The notes under the pieces were generated by a model, which saw only the letters and a list, made by a program, of their open reading frames with translations, made no database searches and was not told where the DNA came from. A stretch of DNA of 64,000 nucleotides, from assembly GCA_004764695.1 (NCBI GenBank), contig SMSO01000014.1:4598845-4662844 (forward strand), read 5' to 3'. Below are positions 37,690-48,696 of the stretch, piece after piece. Numbering within the stretch: position 1 is the first letter of the stretch; each line of letters begins with the position of its first letter. Made by a program: the position numbers and the translations under genes. Source of the stretch: Schizochytrium sp. TIO01 (taxonomy: Eukaryota; Protista; Bigyra: Labyrinthulomycetes).

Positions 37690-38290
37690 TGAATTTTATC
37701 GCTTCAGCTCAGGCGTGAACCTGCCATAGCGGTGCGTATGATTTCTGCGCGATAACCACTCTCCACCGCTGACATTTTGATTTATAAATTATCAAGATAG
37801 ACAACACCAATATCGTCGAGTGCTGATTTCTCCCGAGATCTGTCTGCTGAAGCGATCTGTAAACCTTCGAAGGCCACCTTGAACGAGCTTGGTCCCAAAA
37901 GCTGCAGCGGACCGCGAACCTTTGCAAAGCCAACGGCGAGTATTGATTTGTCTTGCTCACAGTCTTCATTTGCATTCGTGATGCTCGCAGCCCATCCTGC
38001 TTCGACCAGAGGATGCCATGACTTGCTTTATGATTTATCTTCAGGTCACGGTATTCGTTCGTCATGTGATCCTCGTCAAAACCCGTGAAATCCTCGAAAT
38101 TCTCGAGATCGTAGGAAAGCACAGTTTGGAGATACGCCGCGAGCTGTGCAGGAAGCAAGCAACAAAAACCAGGCTAAAAAAGACCTCGAGGAAGCTAAGG
38201 ATCCGAAGCAGACGCTGCCAATTGAGCTACAAAACTTGACAGGAATGCTTCCAGCAGGCAGGCAGTCTTCTTCGCCACCTCTGCAAGTCC
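37690..38290 (-). pseudogene. Decayed coding fragment, family unknown
   Basis: 149-codon ORF starting AQLAAYLQTVLSYDLENFEDFTGFDED, with a protein-like continuation in a second frame (SILAVGFAKVRGPLQLLGPSSFKVAFEG) and upstream in-frame stops. Confidence 0.3.
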
Positions 38291-38720
38291 CCAAGAAGTA
38301 AGTAAACCAGTCAGCGCCGAGGCCTTCGTTTAGTCATGAGGAGCTAGCTGCTTGGCTCTCAATCCATGGAAACAACACCATCAATAACAACAACAACAAC
38401 AACAACTCATGTGTCTGCTTATTCGTAGTCCTCATTTCGTCCATACATAGATTATGTGGCGCTTCGTTCGAGCGATTTACAGAGTCATGAGAGCTTCTTA
38501 CAATTGATTACGTCAGACCGAGCTTCCGGACCCTGAGAACGCAGCAGGTGCCATCGACGGGCTCAGCGTTGCGGCAGAACCCAGTTTCCTCGCAGCCGAG
38601 TGCAAGCTTGGACGCTGGGGCGCCGTTGCCAGCCCGTTCTCCAGGCAGCTGGCCTGGCTCGTGGCGATTCTCATTTCATTATATTGCTCGGGTTGCATTA
38701 CACTGAGTGTGAGTGTTTTG

Positions 38721-38759
38721 CATTACATTACATTGCATTACATTGCATTACATTACATT
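38721..38759. repeat. Pentanucleotide (CATTA/CATTG)n
   Basis: Direct reading; related GCATT units at about 63526-63560. Confidence 0.85.
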
Positions 38760-39420
38760 TGTCATATGAATGTTATACCTATTGGCGATTACACTCCGTA
38801 TTTCTTTCTTCGCTGCTTCGAAGGTTTCCTTCTTTCCTGGAGAATGAAAAGCTTCTGTAGCAAACAGAAGACAAGAGGTAGAAAGGTAGGTAGGTACCTA
38901 GGTACGTCAAGTTCTTGGCTGCTTTCTAACTTATTGAGTGCGGATGAGGATGTAAATGGAATGAAATCATGTTGGTGTTCCAATTGACAGATGTCCAAGC
39001 CGCATATTCTTACTACGGGCAGGGCTTTTGTTTTGTGGATTCCAAGTTCCTGACGACCTCGACTGTATTTATTTGTTCCTGTAGTAGGAGTATCAATATT
39101 GTTTGTTTGTTTGTTTGTTTGTTTGTTTGTTTGTTTGTTTGTTTGTTTATTTATTTATTCGGTCATTCATTTCTTTCCTTCTACTATTTGGCACTACGGT
39201 GCGTGAACTTTGACTGATGTAAAAGAAAAGGATTGCTATAGGAAGGAGGGTACCCAATCTTTCATCTTTAAAAAAAGTTTATGTTTTGCTTTTCTTTCTG
39301 TTCTGTTCAGAAAGACAGCGAAAACCTTGCAAAGCCGCCCAAGAATCAGAAGCTCCAAGCAAAAGAGAGCGAGCGCTCGGAGCTCTTGGAGATTTGTCTC
39401 TCTCAATTAAATTTGTTGTT

Positions 39421-39435
39421 CTGCTTGCTTGCTTA

Positions 39436-39466
<31 letters not shown>

Positions 39467-39533
39467 GAGCTGGCTGGCTGCCGACTATGTTTTGTTCGTT
39501 CGCTCTTTATTGATATGTCTATAACTTTTTTTG

Positions 39534-39564
<31 letters not shown>

Positions 39565-39773
39565 TTTTTGCTTTCTTTTTGGCTTTCTTTTTTGCTTTCT
39601 TTCTTTCTACTTATTTGTTTGTTTGTTTGTTTGTTTGTTTGTTTGTTTGTTTGTTTGTTTGTTTGTTTGTTTGTTTGTTTGTTTGTTTGTTTGTTTGTTT
39701 GTTTGTTTGTTTGTTTGTTTGTTTGTTTGTTTGCTTGCTTGCTTGCTTGCTTGCTTGCATGCTTGTTTGTTTG
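39421..39773. repeat. Compound microsatellite GCTT/ACTT/CTTT/(GTTT) about 30 copies/GCTT
   Basis: Direct reading; further GTTT arrays at 39100-39147 and 40494-40539. Confidence 0.95.
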
Positions 39774-39799
39774 TGAAGCTTTCGTTCTTCTTATTCATT

Positions 39800-40160
39800 A
39801 CCCGCCAGCCTCGATTACCCTCCGCGATACCCCTTCTTTCCCGCCCGAGACGGGCATTTCACGATTCTGGATATACTACAAGTCCAAGCAGGGCCGGGCG
39901 CCCGAAATCAGCGGCACCCCCTGAGGCTGAGGGCGCCGCAACCTGCACCGGACCCGGTGACTGCGTGGCCTTTGCGCTTGTATTAGTTCCGGATCCTGCA
40001 GGATCGGGCGGGGTCTGGTGAGAGTCGCACGCAAGGGCGGAATACTCTACTTGCAGCCGAATGGGCCATTGTGGGGGGTACCATAGTCCACTTTGGGAGA
40101 GGCGTAAAGTCTACTGTGCGAGGGGGGCACAAGTAGAGAATTGGGCCTGAAAGGGACTTA
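39800..40160. other. GC-rich hairpin-dense non-coding island (candidate ncRNA or SINE-like element)
   Basis: Several complementary segments within about 360 nt, abutting the GTTT array; no credible ORF. Confidence 0.35.
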
Positions 40161-40380
40161 TTTGGGTTTCTGGGTCGAGTTTCTACGAACTGCTTTCTGC
40201 CTTTCTTTATTTTCTATGGGCAAGTTCGAGAAGGAAAACTTTCTAAAAGTTTTATTCTATTGCAAAGAGAGAATGAAAAGAAGACGCACCAGTTCTGATG
40301 AGACCATGAGACAGGTCGAGAAAGCAATGCCCGCGACCCTCGATCTGAGCTGTGTTGCAGAAACAGCCCTGCGTAATCTA

Positions 40381-40411
<31 letters not shown>

Positions 40412-41383
40412 GGTTTGTGGCCCGAAGAAGAAGAAGAAGAGGGTTTAGTCTGAGAATCCAAGAAGAGGAAGGGTCTTCTGCTTCCGAGTGAATTTGTTTG
40501 TTTGTTTGTTTGTTTGTTTGTTTGTTTGTTTGTTTGTTTATTGATTCTCCTGTAAAAACAGAAAAGTGCTTTCACTCCTCTCATATCTATCTACATATCT
40601 TATGGCAGAGAAAACAAATTACTTTCACGAGCAAAGGAAATCATGAAATATTACCAAGAAATATTGGTAGGAGTCGGATACGGACTGCTAGAATCCTCGC
40701 GTGGTAAAGATGTTTTTCTTTGAGTAATTTCTCTTACTCAGTCTTTGAGATTGACGATCGACCGCGCGAGCAGAATCCAAACCCCGAACGCGGTGCCGCG
40801 AACTCAAGAGCATCAGACTCCGTTCGCTTGATCGATCGATCACCTGTACAGGTACGTGGCCAACGAGGTGTAAGGAAGAGGAGGAGGAGACGCTGCGATG
40901 CAAGCAGCAGCAGCAGCAATTACAGCTGGCTGGAATGTGATGTAAATGGATGTTGCGGGAGATGCAGATATATGTTGGTCTGTATGTATGTATGTCTCTC
41001 TCATATGGAGCGGTGAGATCCTTTTTACTTGGCCCTGCTCAATGGAGACACGGCAACAACAGTGTGGGTGTGCTTGGTTGCGTTTACTTGCTTGGTTCTT
41101 TGCTGAGAACGTGGTGATGGCTAGGGGAAGGAAAGGATTCCGGAATCATCAAGGATCAAGAACTAACGATTCTCCGTGCAACCATATTTTTCATTCATGC
41201 AATGAATGATCTTCCCTTCTTCATACGATGGCGTCGATCATGACTTGATGCTTGAGGAAATGCACCAATCTCTCTCTACTCACAGCAATATCTATATAAC
41301 TTTTCTTGAAGAAAGAAAGGAAAGAAAATCTGCCACTAAACTCTCGCTTCGGCCGTATTCTACATCCTTAAGAACTCACAATC

Positions 41384-43579
41384 ATGTCCAACTACGTGCG
41401 TATCGGTGGCCTCCAGGTCCACCGTGCTCTCCGCAAGGTCCTCGAGGAGGAGATCGCCCCGGGCACCGGCATCTCTTCCTCCAAGGTCTTCGAGTCTCTC
41501 GAGGCCCTGCTTAAGGAATTCGCTCCCCAGAACGAGGCTTTGCTCCGCAAACGTGATTCCATCCAAGCCCAAATCGACTCTTACTGCCTTGCCCACAAGG
41601 ATAACTTCGATGCCTCCGACTACGCCGCATTCCTCGCCTCTATCGGCTACATCGTGCCTGAGGGATCCTCCTTCAAGGTTTCCACCGAGCGTGTGGACCC
41701 TGAGATCTCCGTGACCCCGGGACCTCAGCTCGTCGTCCCTGTGGATAACGCGCGCTACGCTCTCAACGCCGCAAACGCCCGTTGGGGATCTCTTCTCGAT
41801 GCTTTCTATGGCACTGATGCTGGTCCTCCTGAGACCGACGGCGCCGAGAAGGGCAAGGGCTACAACCCTGTGCGTGGTGCCAAGGTCTTCGAGTACACTC
41901 ACGCATTCCTCGACGAGACCTTCCCGCTCACAAACGGCGCCAAGTTTGGTGACGTGAAGGAGTTCCGCCTCAACGGCCAGAAGCTCGAGCTCGTTCTCAA
42001 GTCCAACAAGACTGCCGCTCTCTCTAAACCCGAAAAGTTTGTAGGATATGCCAAGAGCGCTTCTGGCCTCAGCTCCGTCGTCCTTCGCAACAACAACCTT
42101 CACGTTGTGATCGAAATCGATGCTAACAGCGAGGTCGGCAAGGGCCACGCTGCTGGCGTCAAGGACGTCGTCCTTGAGTCTGCCTTGACGGCCATCTGCG
42201 ATATGGAGGACTCCGTCGCCGCCGTCGACGCCGAGGACAAGGCTCACGTGTACTCCAACTGGTGTGGTCTCATGCGTGGAGATCTCGAAGAGAAGTTCTC
42301 TAAGAACGGTAAGACCCTCACCCGTAAGATGAACCCGGACCGCGTTTACACTAAGCCGGACGGCAGTGAGCTTGTTCTCCCTGGTCGCACTGTGCTTCTT
42401 GTGCGTAACGTTGGTCTTCACCTTACCAACGACTTTGTCCTCTTTGCAGACACCAACCAGCCGGTGCCTGAGAACATTGTTGACTGCTACGTTGCAGCCC
42501 TTGCTGGACTCCACGATATCAAGAAGACCAGCGGGGCCAAGAACTCCCGTGCAGGAAGCGTGAACATCGTGAGACCCAAGCTCCACGGACCTGAGGAGGT
42601 TGCCATGGTCAACTCTATGTTTGATCGCGTTGAGCAGATGCTCGGCATGGCCCCCAACACCCTCAAGATCGGTGTCATGGATGAGGAGAGACGTACCAGT
42701 GCCAACCTCAAGGAGTGCATTCGCGAGGTCAAGGAGCGCTGCATCTTCATCAACACCGGATTCCTCGACCGCACTGGTGATGAGATCCACACCTCTTTCA
42801 GACTCGGACCCATGCTTCCCAAGGGCGACATCAAGCAGGCCGCTTGGAGGTTGTCTTACGAGGACCGCAATGTAGATATTGGCATTGCAACTGGCCTCAT
42901 CGGACACGCTCAGATCGGAAAGGGAATGTGGGCTAAGCCTGACATGATGAAGGAGATGCTCGAGAAGAAGATCACCGAGCCTGAGCAGGGCGCCACCACT
43001 GCATGGGTTCCCAGTCCCACGGCAGGTACCCTTCACGCAATCCACTACCACAAGGTTGATGTCATCGCTGTCCAGAAGAAGATTGCCGCCGGTGGTCCTC
43101 GTGGAACTATGGCAGACCTCCTCACACCGCCCCTTGTGCCGGCTGGAAAGACCCTCAGCAAGGAGGTCGTGCAGCACGAGATGAAGGATATGGTTCAGGT
43201 CATTCTTGGATACGTTTCCAGGTGGATCTTTATGGGTGTGGGTTGCAGCAAGGTTCCTGATATCGACGATGTCGGTCTCATGGAGGACCGCGCCACTCTT
43301 CGCATTTCCAGCCAGCTCCTCGGCAACTGGCTCCACTTTGGTCTCATCACCGAGGAGGAGCTCATCGAGTGTGCCAAGGAGATGGCCAAGGTCGTTGATC
43401 GCCAGAACAAGGGCCAAAACGGATACATTAACATGGCACCTGAGTACAGCGACAACGGATTCCGCTGTGCTATTGAGATGATTCTCAACGCTCGTGAGTG
43501 CCCCAACGGTCTCACTGAAGGTACCCTTGCCAAGTTCCGCCGTGCCGAGAAGGCTCGCCTTGCTGCCAGTAAGCTGTGA
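41384..43579 (+). CDS. glcB: Malate synthase G, peroxisomal (PTS1 -SKL)
   Basis: 731 aa. GPQLVVP, NARYALNAANARWGSL, catalytic LVRNVG, PKLHGP, IGVMDEERRT, FINTGFLDRTGDEIHT, AWVPSPTA, GVGCSKVP and LMEDRATLRISSQ; ends in ASKL; strong C-ending codon bias. Confidence 0.97.
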   Translation: MSNYVRIGGLQVHRALRKVLEEEIAPGTGISSSKVFESLEALLKEFAPQNEALLRKRDSIQAQIDSYCLAHKDNFDASDYAAFLASIGYIVPEGSSFKVSTERVDPEISVTPGPQLVVPVDNARYALNAANARWGSLLDAFYGTDAGPPETDGAEKGKGYNPVRGAKVFEYTHAFLDETFPLTNGAKFGDVKEFRLNGQKLELVLKSNKTAALSKPEKFVGYAKSASGLSSVVLRNNNLHVVIEIDANSEVGKGHAAGVKDVVLESALTAICDMEDSVAAVDAEDKAHVYSNWCGLMRGDLEEKFSKNGKTLTRKMNPDRVYTKPDGSELVLPGRTVLLVRNVGLHLTNDFVLFADTNQPVPENIVDCYVAALAGLHDIKKTSGAKNSRAGSVNIVRPKLHGPEEVAMVNSMFDRVEQMLGMAPNTLKIGVMDEERRTSANLKECIREVKERCIFINTGFLDRTGDEIHTSFRLGPMLPKGDIKQAAWRLSYEDRNVDIGIATGLIGHAQIGKGMWAKPDMMKEMLEKKITEPEQGATTAWVPSPTAGTLHAIHYHKVDVIAVQKKIAAGGPRGTMADLLTPPLVPAGKTLSKEVVQHEMKDMVQVILGYVSRWIFMGVGCSKVPDIDDVGLMEDRATLRISSQLLGNWLHFGLITEEELIECAKEMAKVVDRQNKGQNGYINMAPEYSDNGFRCAIEMILNARECPNGLTEGTLAKFRRAEKARLAASKL

Positions 43580-44340
43580 AACGCGAACCCCCCACCTGCT
43601 TGCCCACCCTAAGTTCCGGGCATATATCTTGCGACTCGTCTCGATGTTGGTTCTCGTATGCTCTTGATTGATTATGATTGGATTTCGAACAACTACATTA
43701 CGCATGCATGTCTGTCTTTGCCCTGGACAATTCGATAGATTGCCAACCAGTTAAAACAATCGATCAAAATGGTGTTTGCCTGCTTTCTGAGAAACACATC
43801 AAATCTACTTTTTCATTTCTACCTTTTTTTGTACAACAAGAATACAATCATATTTTATTACATGGTCCTCCTCTCATCTCCATATTTGTTTTGTTTTACT
43901 ATGAAAGCATTTCTTTAAATTAGCAATCTGATACTTCGTTGCTAATTTTTTACTTTGAGATCGGAAAATCTCATCACCTTTATATAAGATTTTACTTGAC
44001 TTGAGGAGCTGTCATGATCTCCAAAAGGCATTCTTCGAAACAGGTCACATAATGTTGTACAAAAAGGTGAACTACACATTGAAACTCTTGAAAGTCAGGC
44101 AATGATATAATAAAAGCTCAGATACACGCTTACCTGAGTGGATGGATAGAGGGCAGTACTAATACGTATATGATTTTAAGAGATTTTACATTATAAAAAG
44201 GGAGAAAAGCTAATAGGGGGGGGGGTCCTTCAGTAGAAAGTAGCCAGATTGCTCATAAGAGTCCATGTGTACAGCAGTAACAAAGAGGGGGGGAATACCT
44301 AGGAACATGCTCAGTCATCTTGACAATACTATCCCACAAA

Positions 44341-45627
44341 TCAGTAAAAAGATGTGGAGGTGAGTTCCTGCAGCTCTGCAGTCCTGAAGTCATGAGCCAT
44401 GTACTGCGCCTGTACAATGATTCGATCCATATCTAGAGCCGGTAAATTTTGAAGGAAGGCCACAATTTCACCATGCTCAAGCTCAACTAGATCGGCTTGA
44501 CAATTCTCCAAGATTGCCAAGCATACAAAAGTGTGAAGCTCAAAGCCGTGCCCATCAGGCGCAGCAAAATAAGAATCCCACAAGCGTAAACAGCAGTTGA
44601 AAGGAAGCTCGCGGCAGAGGAGCCATTGTAACCACGACGAAGCCCAACGCACGCCCTCGATGTCCTCCTCCTCAAAATGCGTAAATAACTCAGGGAGCCG
44701 GGATCGGAAAAGCATAAGAAAACGTCCCAAAGTTGTGCGGCCATTTTGCTCCCCAAAGTATGAGTCAAGGGCCCGCATAAGGTATTGGAAGCACGTCTTA
44801 GCATCAGACTCCTTCCTCATAAGCAGCGCGAAGGGCGCTGCGGCATGGACTAATGCCGCATGATGAATATGCCAGGTTGTAGAGTTAGTCCTTTCCAAAT
44901 AATCAAAGAGAAGATTAAAGATCTTCTTCTGTATCTTTGCAGACCTAAATCTTGGTGTCTTGCGCTCGAACCTATTCATTTCGCTTTGCAGCACACGCAC
45001 AATTTCTACCTCTGTAAGGCCATCATGTTGATTGCCTACCACTGCCGGACCCAAACTCTCCTCAAGAACTACCTCATCACGAAGATCATCTACCACATTA
45101 CCACCCAAATTGCCTTGGATTCCAGCCGCTGCATTGCTCACCGTAATGCTCCCCGCATTCACAGCATGATTGCCTCCAGCAGCAAGATTTCCGGTACCAG
45201 CTCCCGCAGGCCCATTTCCTCCAGGGATAGATCCATTCGCAGAAGTGGAGTTAGCCCCGGCATTGTTATTGTTGCTGTTGCTGCTGCTGCTGCTGCTATT
45301 ATTAACGTTATTATTCACGTTGCCATTGACGTTATTGTTAATATTGTTGTTAGCAACGGGGTTATTGCCATTTTTGGAGTTGTTGCCAGCGCTGGAGGAG
45401 GCTGCGGAGGCTGCGGCGGCTGCAGCCGCTTCTTCCATGGCATCTTCTGAATCAATGGCAGCTGCCGAGGATCCCGTTGTCGCGAGGAGTGCCGGAAGTA
45501 GCACCATCCAGACTTGGGCGCGCACATCGTCAGGTATTCCGTAAAAGGCGATGTCGCGCAGGCGGTCCAGATCCACCGTCATCTCAGGACCCACCAGCTC
45601 CAGGAACTCAGCGCTCTCTGCCGCCAT
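44341..45627 (-). CDS. TBC (Rab-GAP) domain protein, GYP1/TBC1D22-like, with N/S/A/G low-complexity insert
   Basis: First ATG 45627 (MAAESAEF). VDLDRLRDIAFYGIPDDVRAQVWMVLL, WLQWLLCRELP, LRLWDSYF, LHTFVCLAIL and FLQNLP. Confidence 0.88.
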   Translation of the reverse strand: MAAESAEFLELVGPEMTVDLDRLRDIAFYGIPDDVRAQVWMVLLPALLATTGSSAAAIDSEDAMEEAAAAAAASAASSSAGNNSKNGNNPVANNNINNNVNGNVNNNVNNSSSSSSNSNNNNAGANSTSANGSIPGGNGPAGAGTGNLAAGGNHAVNAGSITVSNAAAGIQGNLGGNVVDDLRDEVVLEESLGPAVVGNQHDGLTEVEIVRVLQSEMNRFERKTPRFRSAKIQKKIFNLLFDYLERTNSTTWHIHHAALVHAAAPFALLMRKESDAKTCFQYLMRALDSYFGEQNGRTTLGRFLMLFRSRLPELFTHFEEEDIEGVRWASSWLQWLLCRELPFNCCLRLWDSYFAAPDGHGFELHTFVCLAILENCQADLVELEHGEIVAFLQNLPALDMDRIIVQAQYMAHDFRTAELQELTSTSFY

Positions 45628-46383
45628 CTTTGCTGAACACCTCCTCGCCACTGCCAAGTCCACACTACCTCCGACAGGGACTCCTCACGGCCGCCCACCT
45701 TGCCAGGAGCCGCCTCAAACGCGCTTTGGATCATCTCTCATGTGTCCTCAAATCATCAAAATGAGTCCTCGTAGCTATAGTACACTTGTGGTACTATACT
45801 TCACTTTGCCGAACCTTTACTTCACTTTACATTCCCCATTACTTCACTTTGTGTACCCCATTTCTCACAGTGCCTCAGAAGTTCATAATGCGGTTTCCTC
45901 TTCTTATACTTCTCCTCCTTCTTCTTCTTAGTTCCCCGTTCTCTAGTACTTGGGTATCTCAATAGAACGCACCAAATCAGAACGCCCCACTTACTCTAAT
46001 AACCATTCCGTGTTCTATTCTGAATGCCTTCGTGTGAACACCTCCTATAATATACTCAGTGTTTCGCACACCTGTTCTGTTTAATGCAAGCAAGCCTCTT
46101 AGTCTGTAGTAACCTAGTGCTAACCAATACTGTATACAGATGCAAAGAAAGAGGGGAAAGGTGACGACCCGTATAAGGGTCGGGCTTGGACTGGGTGGTC
46201 CTTGGTGGTGGCCAGCCAGAACCGAGACTGCCTTGCACTGCTTTGCGTCTTACGCGGAGTCTGTGCTTTGGAAGTGCGGTGTGAACCAGCTTCGGAGTGA
46301 CCTGGGATAGTTTGCAGGCTAAGGAAGTCACTTGGAAAGGTTTGAGGAGAATCGGATCAGGTGATTCTGTACGTGTCGTCAAG

Positions 46384-47334
46384 ATGGCTGGCCAGAAACG
46401 CAAGAGCCTTGTGGAGTCGAGCACGCCCAAGCGTAGCGTGAAGAAGACGCCGAAGAAGTCGAAGGCAGACGCAGATGCCTCCGCAGACGCCGGCGCCGCT
46501 GAGGATGCCAAGCGGGCCGCCACCAAGGCCGACCGGAACTCGCGCATGAAGAAGGCTATGATGGCTCTTGGCCGCCTTGGCGACGATAACGAAAGTGACA
46601 ACAGTGACGTTGAAGACCGCTTCGTTCCCCTTACTGAGGTTGACCGCGATGCTGAAAACGATGAGGAACAGGAGGAAGACGCCTCCGCGGAGTCTGAATC
46701 TGAGTCTGAGCAGGATGAGGACGAAGAGGCCAAGATGACTCCTTCCAAGGCGAAAAAGCAAAAGGTTGAGAGTGCAGAGAACGTCAAGTCCGCTTCGAAG
46801 AAGAACACCGAGGTTGCCAAGAAGCAGGAGACGAAGAAGCCTGCCAAGAAGGTCACTGAGTCCCGTAAAGACACCATCACCTCTAAGGAGGGTGTCATCT
46901 ACCTTGGACATATTCCCAGCGGATTCTTTGAAAAGCAGATGCAAGGATTCTTTAGCCAGTTTGGAGAGGTGCGCCGTTTGAGACTCTCGCGAAGCAAAAA
47001 GACTGGAAGGTCCCGTGGATACGCTTTTGTGCAGTTCGTCAGCAACGAGGTCGCCAAGATCGTGCAGCAAGCAATGGATAACTACCTACTCTGCGACAAG
47101 CTCCTCGTGTGCTCGATCGTGAAGCCTGAGGATGTCCATGAACGCATGTTCGCCAACGCCGACCGCAAATTTAGACGCGTGAACTGGGCCAAGGTGGACG
47201 GCAAGAAACTGAACAAGGAGCGCACCGCGGAGGAACATGCTGAGCGCCTTAGCAAGCTTAAGGCGCGCCACAACAAGCAGCAGAAGAAGCTCAAGGCCAA
47301 GGGCATCGACTACGAGCTCCCCAACTACGCATAA
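46384..47334 (+). CDS. NIFK: Nucleolar RRM protein NIFK/Nop15 (60S biogenesis)
   Basis: ATG 46384. Acidic/basic N-terminus; GVIYLGHIPSGFFEKQMQGFFSQFGEVRRLRLSRSKKTGRSRGYAFVQF, VAKIVQQAMDNYLL and KLKAKGIDY. Confidence 0.93.
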   Translation: MAGQKRKSLVESSTPKRSVKKTPKKSKADADASADAGAAEDAKRAATKADRNSRMKKAMMALGRLGDDNESDNSDVEDRFVPLTEVDRDAENDEEQEEDASAESESESEQDEDEEAKMTPSKAKKQKVESAENVKSASKKNTEVAKKQETKKPAKKVTESRKDTITSKEGVIYLGHIPSGFFEKQMQGFFSQFGEVRRLRLSRSKKTGRSRGYAFVQFVSNEVAKIVQQAMDNYLLCDKLLVCSIVKPEDVHERMFANADRKFRRVNWAKVDGKKLNKERTAEEHAERLSKLKARHNKQQKKLKAKGIDYELPNYA

Positions 47335-48696
47335 AACATCACCGACAACGACGACGACAGTGACGAAAATTTTGAACGCTCGCCTCATCAAGGGGAAGAA
47401 GGAAGAGGAGGAATGAGGAACTAGCACTCACACAATGCACAACCTCTCGCCTTTTTCTTGTACGTCCATACATCTTTTCGCTATTCTTGTCTTTAACACA
47501 CGCGCACACGCACACATACATATACGACACAGACTTTAATGCAGATATACTGATTGAGGGAAGAAGCAGACGTCCTAGCAACAAAGCAAGGGAGCCGGTG
47601 GCCAAGATCGATTGACAAATGTTCTTTTTTCTCTCCACGAGCTCGCCACCACACAGAACATTGACTCTGCCTTTGTTTACTTTGTTTCGCTAAGTAGTTT
47701 GCATCACTCCTGCCTGCTTGTCTCTCACCTGCTTTTCCTTCATTGTTGCTAATGATTTGACTAATTCGATCGCGCAACACAGCATACGCACTCCATCTTT
47801 ACAAACATATCCAAACTAGCTAGCTAAACATTGAATGTTTGATAATTCAATGCATGTGATTCACTTGCTTGCAGAAGAATGTCTCCTTAATTAGAACAGT
47901 TCGTTACCATACAACCTCAACAAAAAGCTAGCTAAAGAATGAATGTTTCAAAAAAGCACGATACTTGCTTTTACTTATCATAGCCGTTGCAATTCTTCTA
48001 CACAATGTACTGTAAAGAAGAAATTAGATGTTCAATTCAAAGTATGACTTGACATCCATGCAGCAGATTTGGCTGGTTTTATTTTCAATTGAATATGTTG
48101 TCTTGTTCACAAAGATGGCTCCAAGTTTGCTATAGCTTGTGTTGGTCTGGAAACTAACATCCAAATATCTTAAAGAGAGTTATACTTGTCAATTCAACCG
48201 AGGAAACAAAATATAAAACAGGATAGTTTTAGCACGAGGTAGATTTATTGCCATACCAATTTCCATATGGCATACATACTCTGCCAATGAGTTCCATAGA
48301 ACTTTGCATTTCTATTTTATTTTGAAATCTCTATCATTGGTAAATCGTATCCTGATCGCCACAAAGGTTTGTGGATTATGCTAGTACTTGATCCCTTCAC
48401 ACTAATCAGAGCAGAGTGGACACTTCCAAGCGCTCTAGTCTAGAATACCTATCATAATATGTCTGTTCATTTTACTTCATATAAGTGAGAGAAACCGAAC
48501 ATTTCAGGGTCATTTGTGACTATGGTGTGTACTCTTCCTCATTTCCCCCAAAGGCTTCTTTCTCTTCCCAGGTCCGCGCCGTGTACATTTGAGGAAACAT
48601 AACAAAACCCAGTGCCTTGCAAAGACGAGGATATAAAGAAAGCATACAACGAGGTACATGTTACATGGCCTCGGATAAGATCCCTTGCTCGTGACG

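Noticed and set aside
39281-40021. 246-aa hydrophobic ORF with FVCL repeats, and similar QSIN, FFLS and poly-Cys ORFs
   Set aside because: Produced by stop-free microsatellites, not genes
41360-43705. 781-aa antisense ORF spanning malate synthase
   Set aside because: Codon-aligned mirror of a strongly biased gene that avoids TTA/CTA/TCA codons; no domain; starts at a non-ATG codon
46056-47070. 280-aa and 237-aa antisense ORFs over NIFK
   Set aside because: Shadow ORFs of a low-complexity, codon-biased gene
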